Source: Oscillospiraceae bacterium (GTDB taxonomy: Bacteria > Bacillota > Clostridia > Oscillospirales > Oscillospiraceae). Taken from it: DNA of 64,000 nt. This document shows positions 19,528 through 28,722 of the stretch, piece by piece. The notes under the pieces were generated by a model, which did not search any database, had not been told where the DNA came from, and saw only the letters and a program-made list of their open reading frames with translations. A program made the position numbers and the translations under genes. The DNA lies in contig JAZQQF010000197.1 of the NCBI GenBank assembly GCA_045628925.1, positions 758-64,757 on the forward strand. The letters run 5' to 3'. Position 1 is the first letter of the stretch. Every line of letters begins with the position of its first letter.

Positions 19528-20344
19528 GTTCTTCTCCTGTAATGACCGACAGCTGCGACCAGACGCCGGTATATAATATGCTGCGCATCAGCTCCGCGTC
19601 CAGCACCAGCGGGAGCCGCTCCCATGCCTTCGTACAATCCGCCATGATGAGGAGCAGAATGTTGCGCAGGTCCTCCTCCGTCGCCCCGTCCGCCTGCAGG
19701 CAGAGGGCGGGATTATAGAGGCTTCGCTTCGTATCCGCTTCCCGGTCCAGCACCGCGTCCAGCAGATAGAGGAAGCGGCCCAGCGAATGGCCCATGAACC
19801 GAAGGTCCGACGCCCAGCGGTCCTCCTTCCGGACGAAAAGCGACGCCATCAGGCTGCCGAAAGCATTGGCCCCGGCGTCGGGATTCGGGTCTCGCCGGCG
19901 CTCCACATCCCGCAGGGCGGCCATCGCCTCCGTCATGGCGGACCACTGAGCGGGGTTCCGCTCCGCGGCTTCGGCGGCAGAACGGCGCAGAAGGCCCGCT
20001 TCCAGCTTTTTCACGGGTTTCCGCTCATCCTGCCAGTCGTCCTCCGCCTTCAGCAGCGCCAGCATCACGTTCAGGTCGGCGGCATAGCCGCTCGCTTCGC
20101 TTTGCCAGCTGGCCTTTTTTCGGAAGGGGTGGGCCGGGCAGGGGCGTTCCTCCGCCGTTTCCGCCGGTTCATAGAGCGAATGCAGCGTCAGCGTGAGAAA
20201 GACCATATCGTAGGTCAGCGTGCAGCGGCAAAGCTGCCCGCAGCGGCGGCCGAGGGCGCGGCACAGGCCGCAGTAGCAGCCTTCATAGCGGCGGCGCTGC
20301 GCTTCCGGCAGTGTCGCGGGGTCAACGGTAATATATCCAAACAT
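19514..20344 (-). CDS. Cys-rich hypothetical protein (resembles the DUF5685 family)
   Basis: MFGYITVD....RRRYEGCYCGLCRALGRRCGQLCR N-terminus. It overlaps the mntP start by 14 nt, so the two are probably co-transcribed. Confidence 0.65.
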   Translation of the reverse strand: MFGYITVDPATLPEAQRRRYEGCYCGLCRALGRRCGQLCRCTLTYDMVFLTLTLHSLYEPAETAEERPCPAHPFRKKASWQSEASGYAADLNVMLALLKAEDDWQDERKPVKKLEAGLLRRSAAEAAERNPAQWSAMTEAMAALRDVERRRDPNPDAGANAFGSLMASLFVRKEDRWASDLRFMGHSLGRFLYLLDAVLDREADTKRSLYNPALCLQADGATEEDLRNILLLIMADCTKAWERLPLVLDAELMRSILYTGVWSQLSVITGEEHEHT

Positions 20345-20397
20345 AGCAATAGTATACCACGGCTGTCAAGACGGGGGAAGCGGAAAACCTGCGGGGC

Positions 20398-20426
20398 TTG
20401 ACAGCAGGGGGCGTGTGCCGTAAACT
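20398..20426 (+). promoter_or_regulatory. promoter candidate (TTGACA-17-TAAACT)
   Basis: ttgaca at 20398-20403 and taaact at 20421-20426, ~45 nt upstream of the ATG at 20470. Confidence 0.45.
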
Positions 20427-20469
20427 GAACGGGAACGGATGAGGCGATCCGGGAAAAGAGGAAAGACGG

Positions 20470-21432
20470 ATGAAACGGGCGATCATGCTGCTGCTGGCAG
20501 CGGCGCTCTGTCTGCTGCCGGTCTCCGCCGCGGGGGCGGTCCTGTCGGAACAGAAGCTGACGGTGGACGGTGTCCCGGCGGAATGCGAAAAATACAATGT
20601 GGACGGCGAGAACTACTTCAAGCTGCGGGACCTTGCCCAGCTGATGAATGGCACGGGCAGCCGGTTCAGCGTGAGCTGGGACGGGGAAGCGGGCGTCGTT
20701 TCCATCGTGAGCGGGGAAACGTATATCCCCGTGGGCGGTGAGCTGGAAGTCGGTGCGGATAAGTCCGAAACGGCGGCGCCCAGTACGCAGACGGTCATGG
20801 TGAACGGTGAAGTGCGCACGGATCTGCGCGCCTACAATATCGGCGGCAATAACTATTTCCGGCTGCGCGACCTGGGCGAGGCTGTGGGCTTCCGGGTGGA
20901 CTATGACGCGGAAACAAGGACGGTGCTGGTCCGCTCCTTCGGCGAAGCGGGGGAGACGGGCTTCAGCGTGCCGGTGAAGGAGACGGTCATCTTCCGGGAT
21001 GCGGGAACGTTTTACCGGAGCGAAACGGAATACGTGCCGGGGCCTTCCGGCACGATCCTGCGGGAAACGCACAGCGACAGTCTCGGCGCGGGCTGGACGG
21101 TAGAGTATACCTACGACGGGAACGGGGATCTGCTCCGGGCCTGCCGGACCGATGCGGACGGGACCGTGACCGTCGCGGAGGGGCCGTTCCCCGGGCGGGA
21201 AGAGACGCAGACGGCGGAGCTGCCGAACGCGGCGGACGATCCGGACTGCCGCTGGGAATCCGGCTGCGACGAGGCCGGGAACCGCACGTGGATGCGCTGC
21301 ACTCTTTATGAAGACGGGGCCGAAGCCTGTACTGTGGAGTGGCGGCTGGAATATGTTTGCCTGCCGGACGAGGCTTCCTTCCAAAATTACCGGCGAAGCC
21401 TGACGGCGGCCGATCTCTGGCCGGAGGCGTGA
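20470..21432 (+). CDS. secreted protein with copper-amine-oxidase-N-like (stalk) domain and a degenerate YD repeat
   Basis: Signal peptide MKRAIMLLLAAALCLLPVSAAGA. Two NYFKLRDLA/NYFRLRDLGEAVGF half-domains are typical of Cu_amine_oxidN1-like domains. One YTYDGNGDLL YD-type repeat. Confidence 0.75.
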   Translation: MKRAIMLLLAAALCLLPVSAAGAVLSEQKLTVDGVPAECEKYNVDGENYFKLRDLAQLMNGTGSRFSVSWDGEAGVVSIVSGETYIPVGGELEVGADKSETAAPSTQTVMVNGEVRTDLRAYNIGGNNYFRLRDLGEAVGFRVDYDAETRTVLVRSFGEAGETGFSVPVKETVIFRDAGTFYRSETEYVPGPSGTILRETHSDSLGAGWTVEYTYDGNGDLLRACRTDADGTVTVAEGPFPGREETQTAELPNAADDPDCRWESGCDEAGNRTWMRCTLYEDGAEACTVEWRLEYVCLPDEASFQNYRRSLTAADLWPEA

Positions 21433-21530
21433 ACAGGTCCCGGGAAACGCGTGAGCGGATCCCGGGAAAAAACGCGGATACACAGCCGGGAAAACCGGCT
21501 GAACCGATATTCAAAAACGGAGGTACGAAC

Positions 21531-23120
21531 ATGAAAAAGATCCTTTCGATCGTGCTGGCACTGGTGCTGTGCTGCTCACTGGCGCCCTTTGCGCTGGCGG
21601 CGGGCGCGCAGGTCGTCCTTTCCGCGCAGGAGCTGCGCGTGGACGGGGCCTATGTGGACTGCGAGAAGTACAACATCGACGGCTCGAACTACTTCAAGCT
21701 GCGCGACCTTGCCTACCTGATGAACGGCACGGGCAGCCAGTTCAGCATCGGCTGGGACGGGGAGAAGGGCGTGATCGCCATCGTCACCGGCGAAGCCTAT
21801 ACGCCCGTGGGCGGTGAGCTGGTCCTCGGCGCGGACAAGTCCGAAACGGCGGTGCCCAGCGCCCAGACCATCACCATCAACGGCGAGGTGCGCGACGATC
21901 TGAGCGCCTACAACATCGGCGGCAACAACTACTTCAAGCTGCGCGATCTGGGCGAGGCCGTGGGCTTCTTCGTGGACTATGACCCGGAAACGCGGACCAT
22001 GCTGGTGTTCTCGTCCCTTGCGGCGCCGGAGGACGGGATCTGGGTGCCGGTGAAGTACTACACTTTCTTCAGGGACAGCGTAGATTTCTTCGAGAACACG
22101 TCGGAATACGTGCTGGGGCCTGCGGGCGCGATCATGGAAGAAACGTACACCACGAACAACGGCGGCGACTTTGCGCAGACCTTCACCTACGACGGGAAGG
22201 GGAACCTCACCGGCATCCGCTTTGACGGGGAAGACAGCTGGGAGGAAACGAAGCAGCAGTGGGATGAAAACGGCTGGCTCACCCGGAAGGACTATACGGA
22301 GAACGACGATTACTGGGAATCCACCATCTATACCTACGACGCGGCGGGTCAGGTGATCGGCGAAGTCCTGAACGGGGCTTACGATCTCTCGATCCACATC
22401 ACCCGCAGCTATGACGCCGAGGGCAATCTGCTGCGCGAGGTCACCGTGGACAACAGCGGCACGACCACCGCCGACTATACCTATGACGCGGAAGGCAGAA
22501 TGCTGCGCATCGACACGGTGGATGATGCGGGCTTCACCTATTCCTACGGCTTTGAATATGACGCATACGGCAACGTCGTCCGGGAATACTATTCCAACAG
22601 CGGCGGCAGCCGGTATGACGTGGTGATGACCTATGACACCGAGGGCCGGGAGACCATGTGCCGCACGGAGAGCGATGCCTACATCGCCGTGGAGACCTGG
22701 GCCTATGACGACTCCGGCAACCTGACCATGAAGCGCTATGAAATCACGGACAAGTCCGTATGGGATCTGGGTACCACGTGGTCTCAGGCGGACTACACGC
22801 CGGACGCTTACGGCAATCCGCTGACCGCGGTGAACAGCTATTCGGATGGGACGACCATGGTCACCACGCATGAATACACCTATGACGCCGAAGGACACAT
22901 CCTCCGGGATATCGAGACGGTGGACGGCGAAGTGGATATGGATCAGGTCTGCGTCTATGACGCGGCGGGCAATCTGACGGAGAAGACCACCATCTGGTAC
23001 TGGAACGGGGCGGAAGACTGGCGGAATTTCTGGAGCTGGGAATACGCCTGTCTGGGAAGCGAAGAAGAGCTGGCAAATTATGAGGCCAGTCTGGAGAACG
23101 TCCGCATCGTGATCGACTAA
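21531..23120 (+). CDS. secreted YD/RHS-repeat protein with N-terminal copper-amine-oxidase-N-like domain
   Basis: ATG at 21531 with GGAGG upstream. Signal peptide MKKILSIVLALVLCCSLAPFALA. The N-terminal ~170 aa are paralogous to the preceding gene. At least 9 YD repeats follow (YTYDAAGQV, YDAEGNLL, YTYDAEGRML, YDAYGNVV, YDDSGNLT, YTYDAEGHIL, YDAAGNLT..). Confidence 0.8.
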   Translation: MKKILSIVLALVLCCSLAPFALAAGAQVVLSAQELRVDGAYVDCEKYNIDGSNYFKLRDLAYLMNGTGSQFSIGWDGEKGVIAIVTGEAYTPVGGELVLGADKSETAVPSAQTITINGEVRDDLSAYNIGGNNYFKLRDLGEAVGFFVDYDPETRTMLVFSSLAAPEDGIWVPVKYYTFFRDSVDFFENTSEYVLGPAGAIMEETYTTNNGGDFAQTFTYDGKGNLTGIRFDGEDSWEETKQQWDENGWLTRKDYTENDDYWESTIYTYDAAGQVIGEVLNGAYDLSIHITRSYDAEGNLLREVTVDNSGTTTADYTYDAEGRMLRIDTVDDAGFTYSYGFEYDAYGNVVREYYSNSGGSRYDVVMTYDTEGRETMCRTESDAYIAVETWAYDDSGNLTMKRYEITDKSVWDLGTTWSQADYTPDAYGNPLTAVNSYSDGTTMVTTHEYTYDAEGHILRDIETVDGEVDMDQVCVYDAAGNLTEKTTIWYWNGAEDWRNFWSWEYACLGSEEELANYEASLENVRIVID

Positions 23121-23148
23121 CGCGGCGCGGAGCAGAAGAAACGAAAAA

Positions 23149-23181
23149 CAGCGGGGGAGCTTTCGCTCTCCCGCTGTTTTT
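23149..23181 (+). terminator. intrinsic terminator
   Basis: cagcgggggagc / gctctcccgctg stem (one mismatch), followed by tttttc. Confidence 0.6.
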
Positions 23182-23203
23182 CGCGGTTCGTGCGCATTCC
23201 CAT

Positions 23204-23232
23204 TTGACGGAAGCGGGGAAAGGGTATATACT
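23204..23232 (+). promoter_or_regulatory. promoter candidate (TTGACG-17-TATACT)
   Basis: ttgacg at 23204-23209 and tatact at 23227-23232, upstream of the FAD-protein gene. Confidence 0.4.
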
Positions 23233-23306
23233 ATATCGGTTTGAAAGCGGGGGGCCGGGTGCGGCGTTCCCGCAGGGATTCGGACGGCTGAGCCAAAGGA
23301 GCAAGA

Positions 23307-24701
23307 ATGAAAACGGAAGTCCTGATCATCGGCGCAGGCCCCGCGGGCATCTTCACGGCCATCGAGATGCTGCGCAGAGGCTCCAAAAAGAAGATCACCA
23401 TCGTGGAAAAGGGCAAGGCTGTGGAAGACCGGCGCTGCCCCAAGGCGCAGACGCAGAAGTGTGTGAACTGCCAGCCCAACTGCAATATCACCACCGGCTT
23501 TTCCGGCGCGGGCGCATTTTCCGACGGGAAGCTGAGCCTGAGCTGCGAGGTGGGCGGCGAGCTGCCCTCCCTGATCGGCGAAGCGGAGGCGCAGGCCCTC
23601 ATCGACTATACCGACACCATCTATCTGGACTTCGGCGCGGACACCCGCGTGGAGGGCGCGGAGGAGACGGCGGAGGTGAAGGATATCCGCCGCCGTGCCA
23701 TTTCCGCCGGGCTGAAGCTGGTGCTGTGCCCCATCCGCCATCTGGGCACCGAAAAAGCCCAGCAGCTCTATCTGGAGATCGAGAACTGGCTGCGGGCGCA
23801 GGGCGTGGAGCTTCTGATGGAAACGGAGTGCCGCAACCTGCTCATCGAAAACGATACCTGCCTCGGCGCGGAGATCGTCGTGAACGGCCGGGAGGAGACC
23901 ATCACCGCCGACGAGGTGGTCGTTGCCACCGGGCGGCGGGGCGCGGAATGGCTGGAAACGCTCTGCGAGAAGCACGGCATCGCCCACAGCCCCGGCACCG
24001 TGGATATCGGCGTGCGGTTGGAGGTGCGCAGCGAGGTCATGGAGACCATCAACCGGGTGCTGTATGAGGGGAAGCTCATCGGCTACCCCAAGCCCTTCAA
24101 AAACAAGGTGCGCACCTTCTGTCAGAACCCCGGCGGCTTCGTGAGCCAGGAGAATTACGACGGGGGCCTCGCCGTGGTGAACGGACACAGCTATAAGGAC
24201 ACGAAGAGCGAGAATACCAATGTGGCCATCCTCTGCTCCCATAATTTCAGCGTGCCCTTCAACCAGCCCATCGAATACGCCCGGAAGGTGGGCGAGCTGA
24301 CGAATATGCTGGCCGACGGGCGGCTGCTGGTGCAGCGCTACGGGGATATTCTGGACGGGAAGCGGACATGGGAAAAGGAACTGGCGCAGAGTAACGTGCG
24401 CCCCACCATCCCGGACGCGGTGGCGGGGGATATCACCGCCGCCATGCCCTACCGCAGCATGGCCAATATCATCGGCTTCATGCAGGCGATGGACGAGGTG
24501 GTGCCCGGCTTCGCCGCCAATGAGACGCTGCTCTATGCCCCGGAACTGAAATTCTACTCCAACCGTGTGAAGATGGACACGGATCTGAATACGAACGTGA
24601 AGCACCTGCACTGCCTCGGCGACTCCAGCGGCTGGACGCGGGGCCTGATGATGGCCTCCGCCATGGGGGTGCTGATGGGAAGGAAGCTGACGGAATGCTG
24701 A
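23307..24701 (+). CDS. NAD(P)/FAD-dependent oxidoreductase (COG2509-like)
   Basis: N-terminal Rossmann motif VLIIGAGPAGIF, a Cys cluster CPKAQTQKCVNCQPNC, 464 aa. Confidence 0.8.
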   Translation: MKTEVLIIGAGPAGIFTAIEMLRRGSKKKITIVEKGKAVEDRRCPKAQTQKCVNCQPNCNITTGFSGAGAFSDGKLSLSCEVGGELPSLIGEAEAQALIDYTDTIYLDFGADTRVEGAEETAEVKDIRRRAISAGLKLVLCPIRHLGTEKAQQLYLEIENWLRAQGVELLMETECRNLLIENDTCLGAEIVVNGREETITADEVVVATGRRGAEWLETLCEKHGIAHSPGTVDIGVRLEVRSEVMETINRVLYEGKLIGYPKPFKNKVRTFCQNPGGFVSQENYDGGLAVVNGHSYKDTKSENTNVAILCSHNFSVPFNQPIEYARKVGELTNMLADGRLLVQRYGDILDGKRTWEKELAQSNVRPTIPDAVAGDITAAMPYRSMANIIGFMQAMDEVVPGFAANETLLYAPELKFYSNRVKMDTDLNTNVKHLHCLGDSSGWTRGLMMASAMGVLMGRKLTEC

Positions 24702-25111
24702 TCACGGAAACGAAGATCGAGAGCCGCTATCCGGACTGCGACCGGATGGGCGTGGTGCATCACGCGGTGTGGCCCATCTGGTATGAGGCGGCGCGCATCG
24801 AATGGCTGGAGCGGGCGGGATATCCCTTCGCGCTCAGTCAGGAGATGCAGGTGAATCCGGCGATGGTGGATCTGAGTATGCAGTATAAGGCGGCGCTGAG
24901 CTATCCCGAAACGGTGACGGTCACGGTGAAGCCGGAGCTGGTGGCCCCGAAAAAGCTGGCCCTTACCTATGAGCTGCGCAAGGCGGACGGGACGCTGGCG
25001 GGCACGGCGCGCTCCTTCCATATCTGGACGGGACCGAACGGGCGCTCCTACGATCTGGCCGCCGGAATGCCGGAAATCTATGAAAAGCTGCGCATCGCCG
25101 CGGCGGAATGA
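24695..25111 (+). CDS. acyl-CoA thioesterase (4HBT/YbgC hot-dog fold)
   Basis: 138 aa. The D..G.V.H..Y pattern (PDCDRMGVVHHAVWPIWYE) is typical of the 4HBT family. It overlaps the previous gene by 7 nt. Confidence 0.8.
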   Translation: MLITETKIESRYPDCDRMGVVHHAVWPIWYEAARIEWLERAGYPFALSQEMQVNPAMVDLSMQYKAALSYPETVTVTVKPELVAPKKLALTYELRKADGTLAGTARSFHIWTGPNGRSYDLAAGMPEIYEKLRIAAAE

Positions 25112-25120
25112 GCGGAGAAG

Positions 25121-25822
25121 ATGCAGAAGAAGGAATTTCGACAGGCATTTATCGCCTCGCTGCCGGTCCTCGCGGGCTATCTCGGGCTGGGCGGCGGCTT
25201 CGGCATCCTGCTCAGTACGGTGGGGTATCAGGTGCTGTGGGCGCTGGGGATGAGCATCACCATGTATTCCGGCTCCATGCAGTACATGGCGGTGGATCTG
25301 ATCCCCAACGGAGCCAGCCTTGTGACCATCGCGGTGACCACGCTGCTGGTGAACGCCCGGCACCTGTTTTACGGGCTGAGCCTGCTGGACGAATATCAGG
25401 GCGCGGGCTGGAAAAAGTTTTTCATGATCTATGAGCTGACGGACGAGACCTACTCCATCGTCTGCGCGGGCGCGCCGGGGGCGGACAAGGCTTCAAGGCA
25501 GCGGTATTATTTCTATGTGTCGGTGCTGAACCACCTGTACTGGATCGCGGGGTGCAGCATCGGCTGCATCGTGGGTTCTCTGCTGAAATTCAACTCGCAG
25601 GGCATCGACTTCGTGCTGACGGCGCTGTTCATCACCGTGTTCACCGACCAGTGGCTCAAGAGCAGAAACCATCTGGCCGCCATCGTGGGCGTAGCTTCCA
25701 GCGTGCTGTGCAGGCTCATTTTCGGGACGGATTTCCTCATTCCGGCCATGGTCTGCATCGCCCTGAGCCTGACGCTGCTGCGGAAATACACCGGCGCGGA
25801 CGAGGAGGCGAAGCAGGCATGA
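25121..25822 (+). CDS. azlC: AzlC family branched-chain amino acid exporter subunit
   Basis: 233 aa and polytopic. SGSMQYMAV and LVNARHLFYG are AzlC-typical. The gene forms an ATGA overlap with azlD. Confidence 0.85.
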   Translation: MQKKEFRQAFIASLPVLAGYLGLGGGFGILLSTVGYQVLWALGMSITMYSGSMQYMAVDLIPNGASLVTIAVTTLLVNARHLFYGLSLLDEYQGAGWKKFFMIYELTDETYSIVCAGAPGADKASRQRYYFYVSVLNHLYWIAGCSIGCIVGSLLKFNSQGIDFVLTALFITVFTDQWLKSRNHLAAIVGVASSVLCRLIFGTDFLIPAMVCIALSLTLLRKYTGADEEAKQA

Positions 25823-26148
25823 GTGAAAAGCTGTATGCGATCCTCGCCATCGCCATCATCGCCCTCATCACGGCGGCGACCCGGTTCATCCCCTTCCTGC
25901 TCTTCGGCGGGAAGCGGAAAACGCCGGACTTTATCCTGTACCTGGGCAAGGTTCTGCCCTACGCCATCATGGGGATGCTGGTCATCTACTGCCTGCGGGA
26001 TACGAGCTTTACGAGCCTCGGCGGGTTCCTGCCCCAGCTCATCGCGGGCGCGCTGACGGCGGGGCTGTACGTGTGGAAAAAAAGCACGCTGCTGAGCATC
26101 GTGGCGGGAACGGTATCGTATATGCTGCTGGTGCAGCTGGTGTTCTGA
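25819..26148 (+). CDS. azlD: AzlD family branched-chain amino acid exporter subunit
   Basis: ATG at 25819 (MSEKLYAILAIAIIALITAATRFIPFLLF), 109 aa with 3-4 TM segments, directly coupled to azlC. Confidence 0.8.
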   Translation: MSEKLYAILAIAIIALITAATRFIPFLLFGGKRKTPDFILYLGKVLPYAIMGMLVIYCLRDTSFTSLGGFLPQLIAGALTAGLYVWKKSTLLSIVAGTVSYMLLVQLVF

Positions 26149-26238
26149 CAGCTGGGAAACGGCGGACCTGCGGAAAGCCTTGCAATCCGACAAGACGGAT
26201 GATATCATCCGGGTATCCGAAATAATGAGGTGAATGCC

Positions 26239-27009
26239 ATGATCGCCAATTACCATACCCATACCGCCCGCTGCGGACACGCCTCCGGCGCGGACGAAGA
26301 ATACGTACAGGCAGCCGCCGATGCGGGACTGCAAATCCTCGGAATGTCCGACCACGGGCCATGCCGCTTCCCGGACGGGTTTGAATCCGGCTACCGGGTG
26401 AAGGTCGCACAGCTGGAGGACTATTTTTCCACCTTCCGGGCGCTGCGGGAAAAATATGCTGACCGGCTGGAGCTGCACATCGGCTTCGAGCTGGAATACT
26501 ACCCCGAGCATTATGAGAGCATGATGGAGCGGGTGCGCAATGCCGGCTGCGAATATCTCATCCTCGGGCAGCACGCCATTTACAATGAGCGGCCGGGCAT
26601 GATGATGTCCGCCATGCCGTGGGACGACCCGGAAAAGCTCCGGCGCTATGCGTGGGAGCTGCGGGAGGCCATGCAGACCGGCAGCTTTACCTATGTCTGC
26701 CACCCGGAGGTGTTCCACTTCACCGGGCCGGAGGAACAGTTTCTGGAGGAGATGCGGCCCGCCGTCATCGCCGCACGGGAGACCGGCACGCCGCTGGAGA
26801 TCAATTTCCTCGGCATCCGGGACGGGCGCTATTACCCCATGGAGAGCTTCTGGAAGCTGGTGGGGGAGGTCGGCGCGCCGGTGGTGTTCGGCTCCGACGC
26901 CCACAGCCCGGACGTGGTGTGGGACCCTGCCAGCCTCGCCGTGGCGGAGGGCTGGGCAAAGAAATACGGGCTGAAGGTGCAGGAGACCGTGGAGCTGCGG
27001 AGACCGTAA
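26239..27009 (+). CDS. PHP-domain phosphatase (histidinol-phosphatase HisJ family)
   Basis: YHTHTARCGHA at the N-terminus, then MSDHGP, EL.Y. and GSDAH metal-binding motifs. GAGG lies 8 nt upstream of the ATG at 26239. Confidence 0.8.
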   Translation: MIANYHTHTARCGHASGADEEYVQAAADAGLQILGMSDHGPCRFPDGFESGYRVKVAQLEDYFSTFRALREKYADRLELHIGFELEYYPEHYESMMERVRNAGCEYLILGQHAIYNERPGMMMSAMPWDDPEKLRRYAWELREAMQTGSFTYVCHPEVFHFTGPEEQFLEEMRPAVIAARETGTPLEINFLGIRDGRYYPMESFWKLVGEVGAPVVFGSDAHSPDVVWDPASLAVAEGWAKKYGLKVQETVELRRP

Positions 27010-27073
27010 TCAGGATAACAGATCGCCGCCGGGGCTGCGTGGGCAGCTCCGGCGGTGCGGCTTTGCGGATACT

Positions 27074-27373
27074 TCAGCGGTAGTGATGCAGGACGACGAT
27101 GCAGTTATCCACGATGGCGCCGTAGTCCCGCTCCCCGGCGGGGGCGGAAGCGTTCCGGTAGCAGAAGCTGCCCACCAGCACGCAGGGCTCATCGGTCAGG
27201 TCCGGTACCTCCGCCTCGGCGGGGGTGCGGAGGATGCGAGCGTCCCCATCGTCGAAGAGATAGACGCCGAAGCGGTATTCCGGAGTTTCCGCCGCCAGTC
27301 CGTCCGCCTCGCGCAGCGTTTCGGCGACGGCGGCGCGATTGAGCTGCAGGAGCTTTACAAAGGTGTTTTCCAT
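27074..27373 (-). CDS. hypothetical protein (99 aa)
   Basis: Only the last 99 codons of the 399-aa ORF (from MENTFVKLLQL) have protein-like composition. The rest is antisense to the URO-D family gene. Confidence 0.45.
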   Translation of the reverse strand: MENTFVKLLQLNRAAVAETLREADGLAAETPEYRFGVYLFDDGDARILRTPAEAEVPDLTDEPCVLVGSFCYRNASAPAGERDYGAIVDNCIVVLHHYR

Positions 27374-27516
27374 GACGTTCCTCTCCCGTTTCGTTTTTTC
27401 TTTACTATAGCCCGGACGGGGCGCGGGGTCAAGCGAAAAACGCATCGCTACCCGGAGGGTATGCCCGCATGAGCCAAACGGAATAGAAACGGGGCAAATT
27501 CCGCACGCGGAAACGA

Positions 27517-27544
27517 TTGACAGACTTTTTCCAAGTAGTATAAT
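27517..27544 (+). promoter_or_regulatory. promoter candidate (TTGACA-16-TATAAT)
   Basis: ttgaca at 27517-27522 and tataat at 27539-27544, 70 nt upstream of the ATG at 27614. Confidence 0.55.
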
Positions 27545-27613
27545 AATGGTATTCGGAAATTCAGGCCCTGCGGCCCGCCGATGGGCGCAGGCAGACGAAC
27601 AGGAGGAAAAACC

Positions 27614-28657
27614 ATGCTTACAGCGAAAGAGAATATGCGTCAGGCCATTATCGCCGGCGGCAAGCCCGACCGCTTCGTGAACCAGTATGAAGCGATGAAG
27701 ATCCTCATGCACCCCATGATGGCCCACCGCGGCGGCGCCAAGAAGGGCGAGACCAACAAGCTCAACTTCTGGGGCGTTACCATGTCCTATCCCGAAAACG
27801 TGCCCGGCGCGTTCCCGGTGCATACGGCGGACAAGATCGTCGTGAAGGACATCGAGCACTGGCAGGATTACGTGAAGGCCCCCGCGCTGGACTATCCGCA
27901 GGAGGAGTGGGACCAGTTCAAGGCCATGTATGACGCGGTGGACCATGAGAAGGCCTTTACCGCCTCCTTCTTTGCCCCCGGTCTGTTCGAGCAGGTGCAT
28001 TACCTCTGCTCCATGACCGCCGCGCTGGAATACTATATGACCTACCCCGATGAGATGATGGATCTCATCAAGTACCTTACCGAGTGGGAGCTGAAGGTCG
28101 CCGAGCAGATCTGCGCCAACCTGAAGCCCGAAATGATGCTCCATCACGACGACTGGGGCAGCAGCACCAATTCCTTCCTCCGTCCCAGTATGTTCGAGGA
28201 CTTCTTCCTCGACGCCTACAAGCAGATCTACGGCTACTACCATGACCACGGCGTGGAGTTCATCGTGCATCATTCCGACTCCTACGGCGCGAATCTGGTG
28301 GACGCCATGATCGAGATGGGCATCGACGTGTGGCAGGGCGGCGTGGAGCTGAACAATACCCCCGCGCTGAACGAGAAGTACAAAGGCAAGATCTGCTTCA
28401 TGGGCGATATCGACAACAAGAGCGTCGACTTCACCGAGTGGAGCGAGGAGAACAACCGCAAGGTCGTCCGCGCCTGCATGGACCGCAATACGCCCGACGG
28501 CGTGATCCCCTGCATCATTCAGGGCGGCCCCGGCAGCGTGTTCCCCGGCGTGTACGATTCCCTCACCAAGGAGATCGACCTCTACAATGCCGAGAAGTTC
28601 GGCCTCTCCGTGGCGGAGATCGAGGCGGCCCGTCTGCCCATTCAGGTCATGTTCTGA
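27614..28657 (+). CDS. uroporphyrinogen decarboxylase (URO-D) family protein, MtaA/CmuA-like methyltransferase type
   Basis: ATG at 27614 with AGGAGG upstream. 347 aa. The overall pattern (..HHDDWGS....L.P..F..F....Y......H..G...I.HSDS.G) resembles URO-D/MtaA family members. Confidence 0.75.
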   Translation: MLTAKENMRQAIIAGGKPDRFVNQYEAMKILMHPMMAHRGGAKKGETNKLNFWGVTMSYPENVPGAFPVHTADKIVVKDIEHWQDYVKAPALDYPQEEWDQFKAMYDAVDHEKAFTASFFAPGLFEQVHYLCSMTAALEYYMTYPDEMMDLIKYLTEWELKVAEQICANLKPEMMLHHDDWGSSTNSFLRPSMFEDFFLDAYKQIYGYYHDHGVEFIVHHSDSYGANLVDAMIEMGIDVWQGGVELNNTPALNEKYKGKICFMGDIDNKSVDFTEWSEENNRKVVRACMDRNTPDGVIPCIIQGGPGSVFPGVYDSLTKEIDLYNAEKFGLSVAEIEAARLPIQVMF

Positions 28658-28722
28658 GTTTGTGAAGCATTCGCCGGGACCCCTTTCGGGGCCCCGGCTT
28701 CTAACTGAAAGGAGACAGCATC

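Noticed and set aside
19528-20469. Possible yybP-ykoY manganese riboswitch upstream of mntP
   Set aside because: mntP overlaps the upstream DUF5685-like gene by 14 nt, which leaves no leader. The 125-nt region upstream of that gene shows none of the conserved riboswitch segments I remember. This needs an Infernal scan to exclude formally.
21576-24611. 1011-aa minus-strand ORF
   Set aside because: It is antisense to the YD-repeat protein and the FAD-dependent oxidoreductase. It has low-complexity Arg/Gly/His-rich translation and crosses an intergenic terminator, which a real gene would not do.
27374-28273. N-terminal 300 aa of the 399-aa minus-strand ORF 27074-28273
   Set aside because: This part is antisense to the URO-D family gene and crosses its promoter. 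Only the distal 99 codons (27074-27373) were kept, as a low-confidence hypothetical gene.
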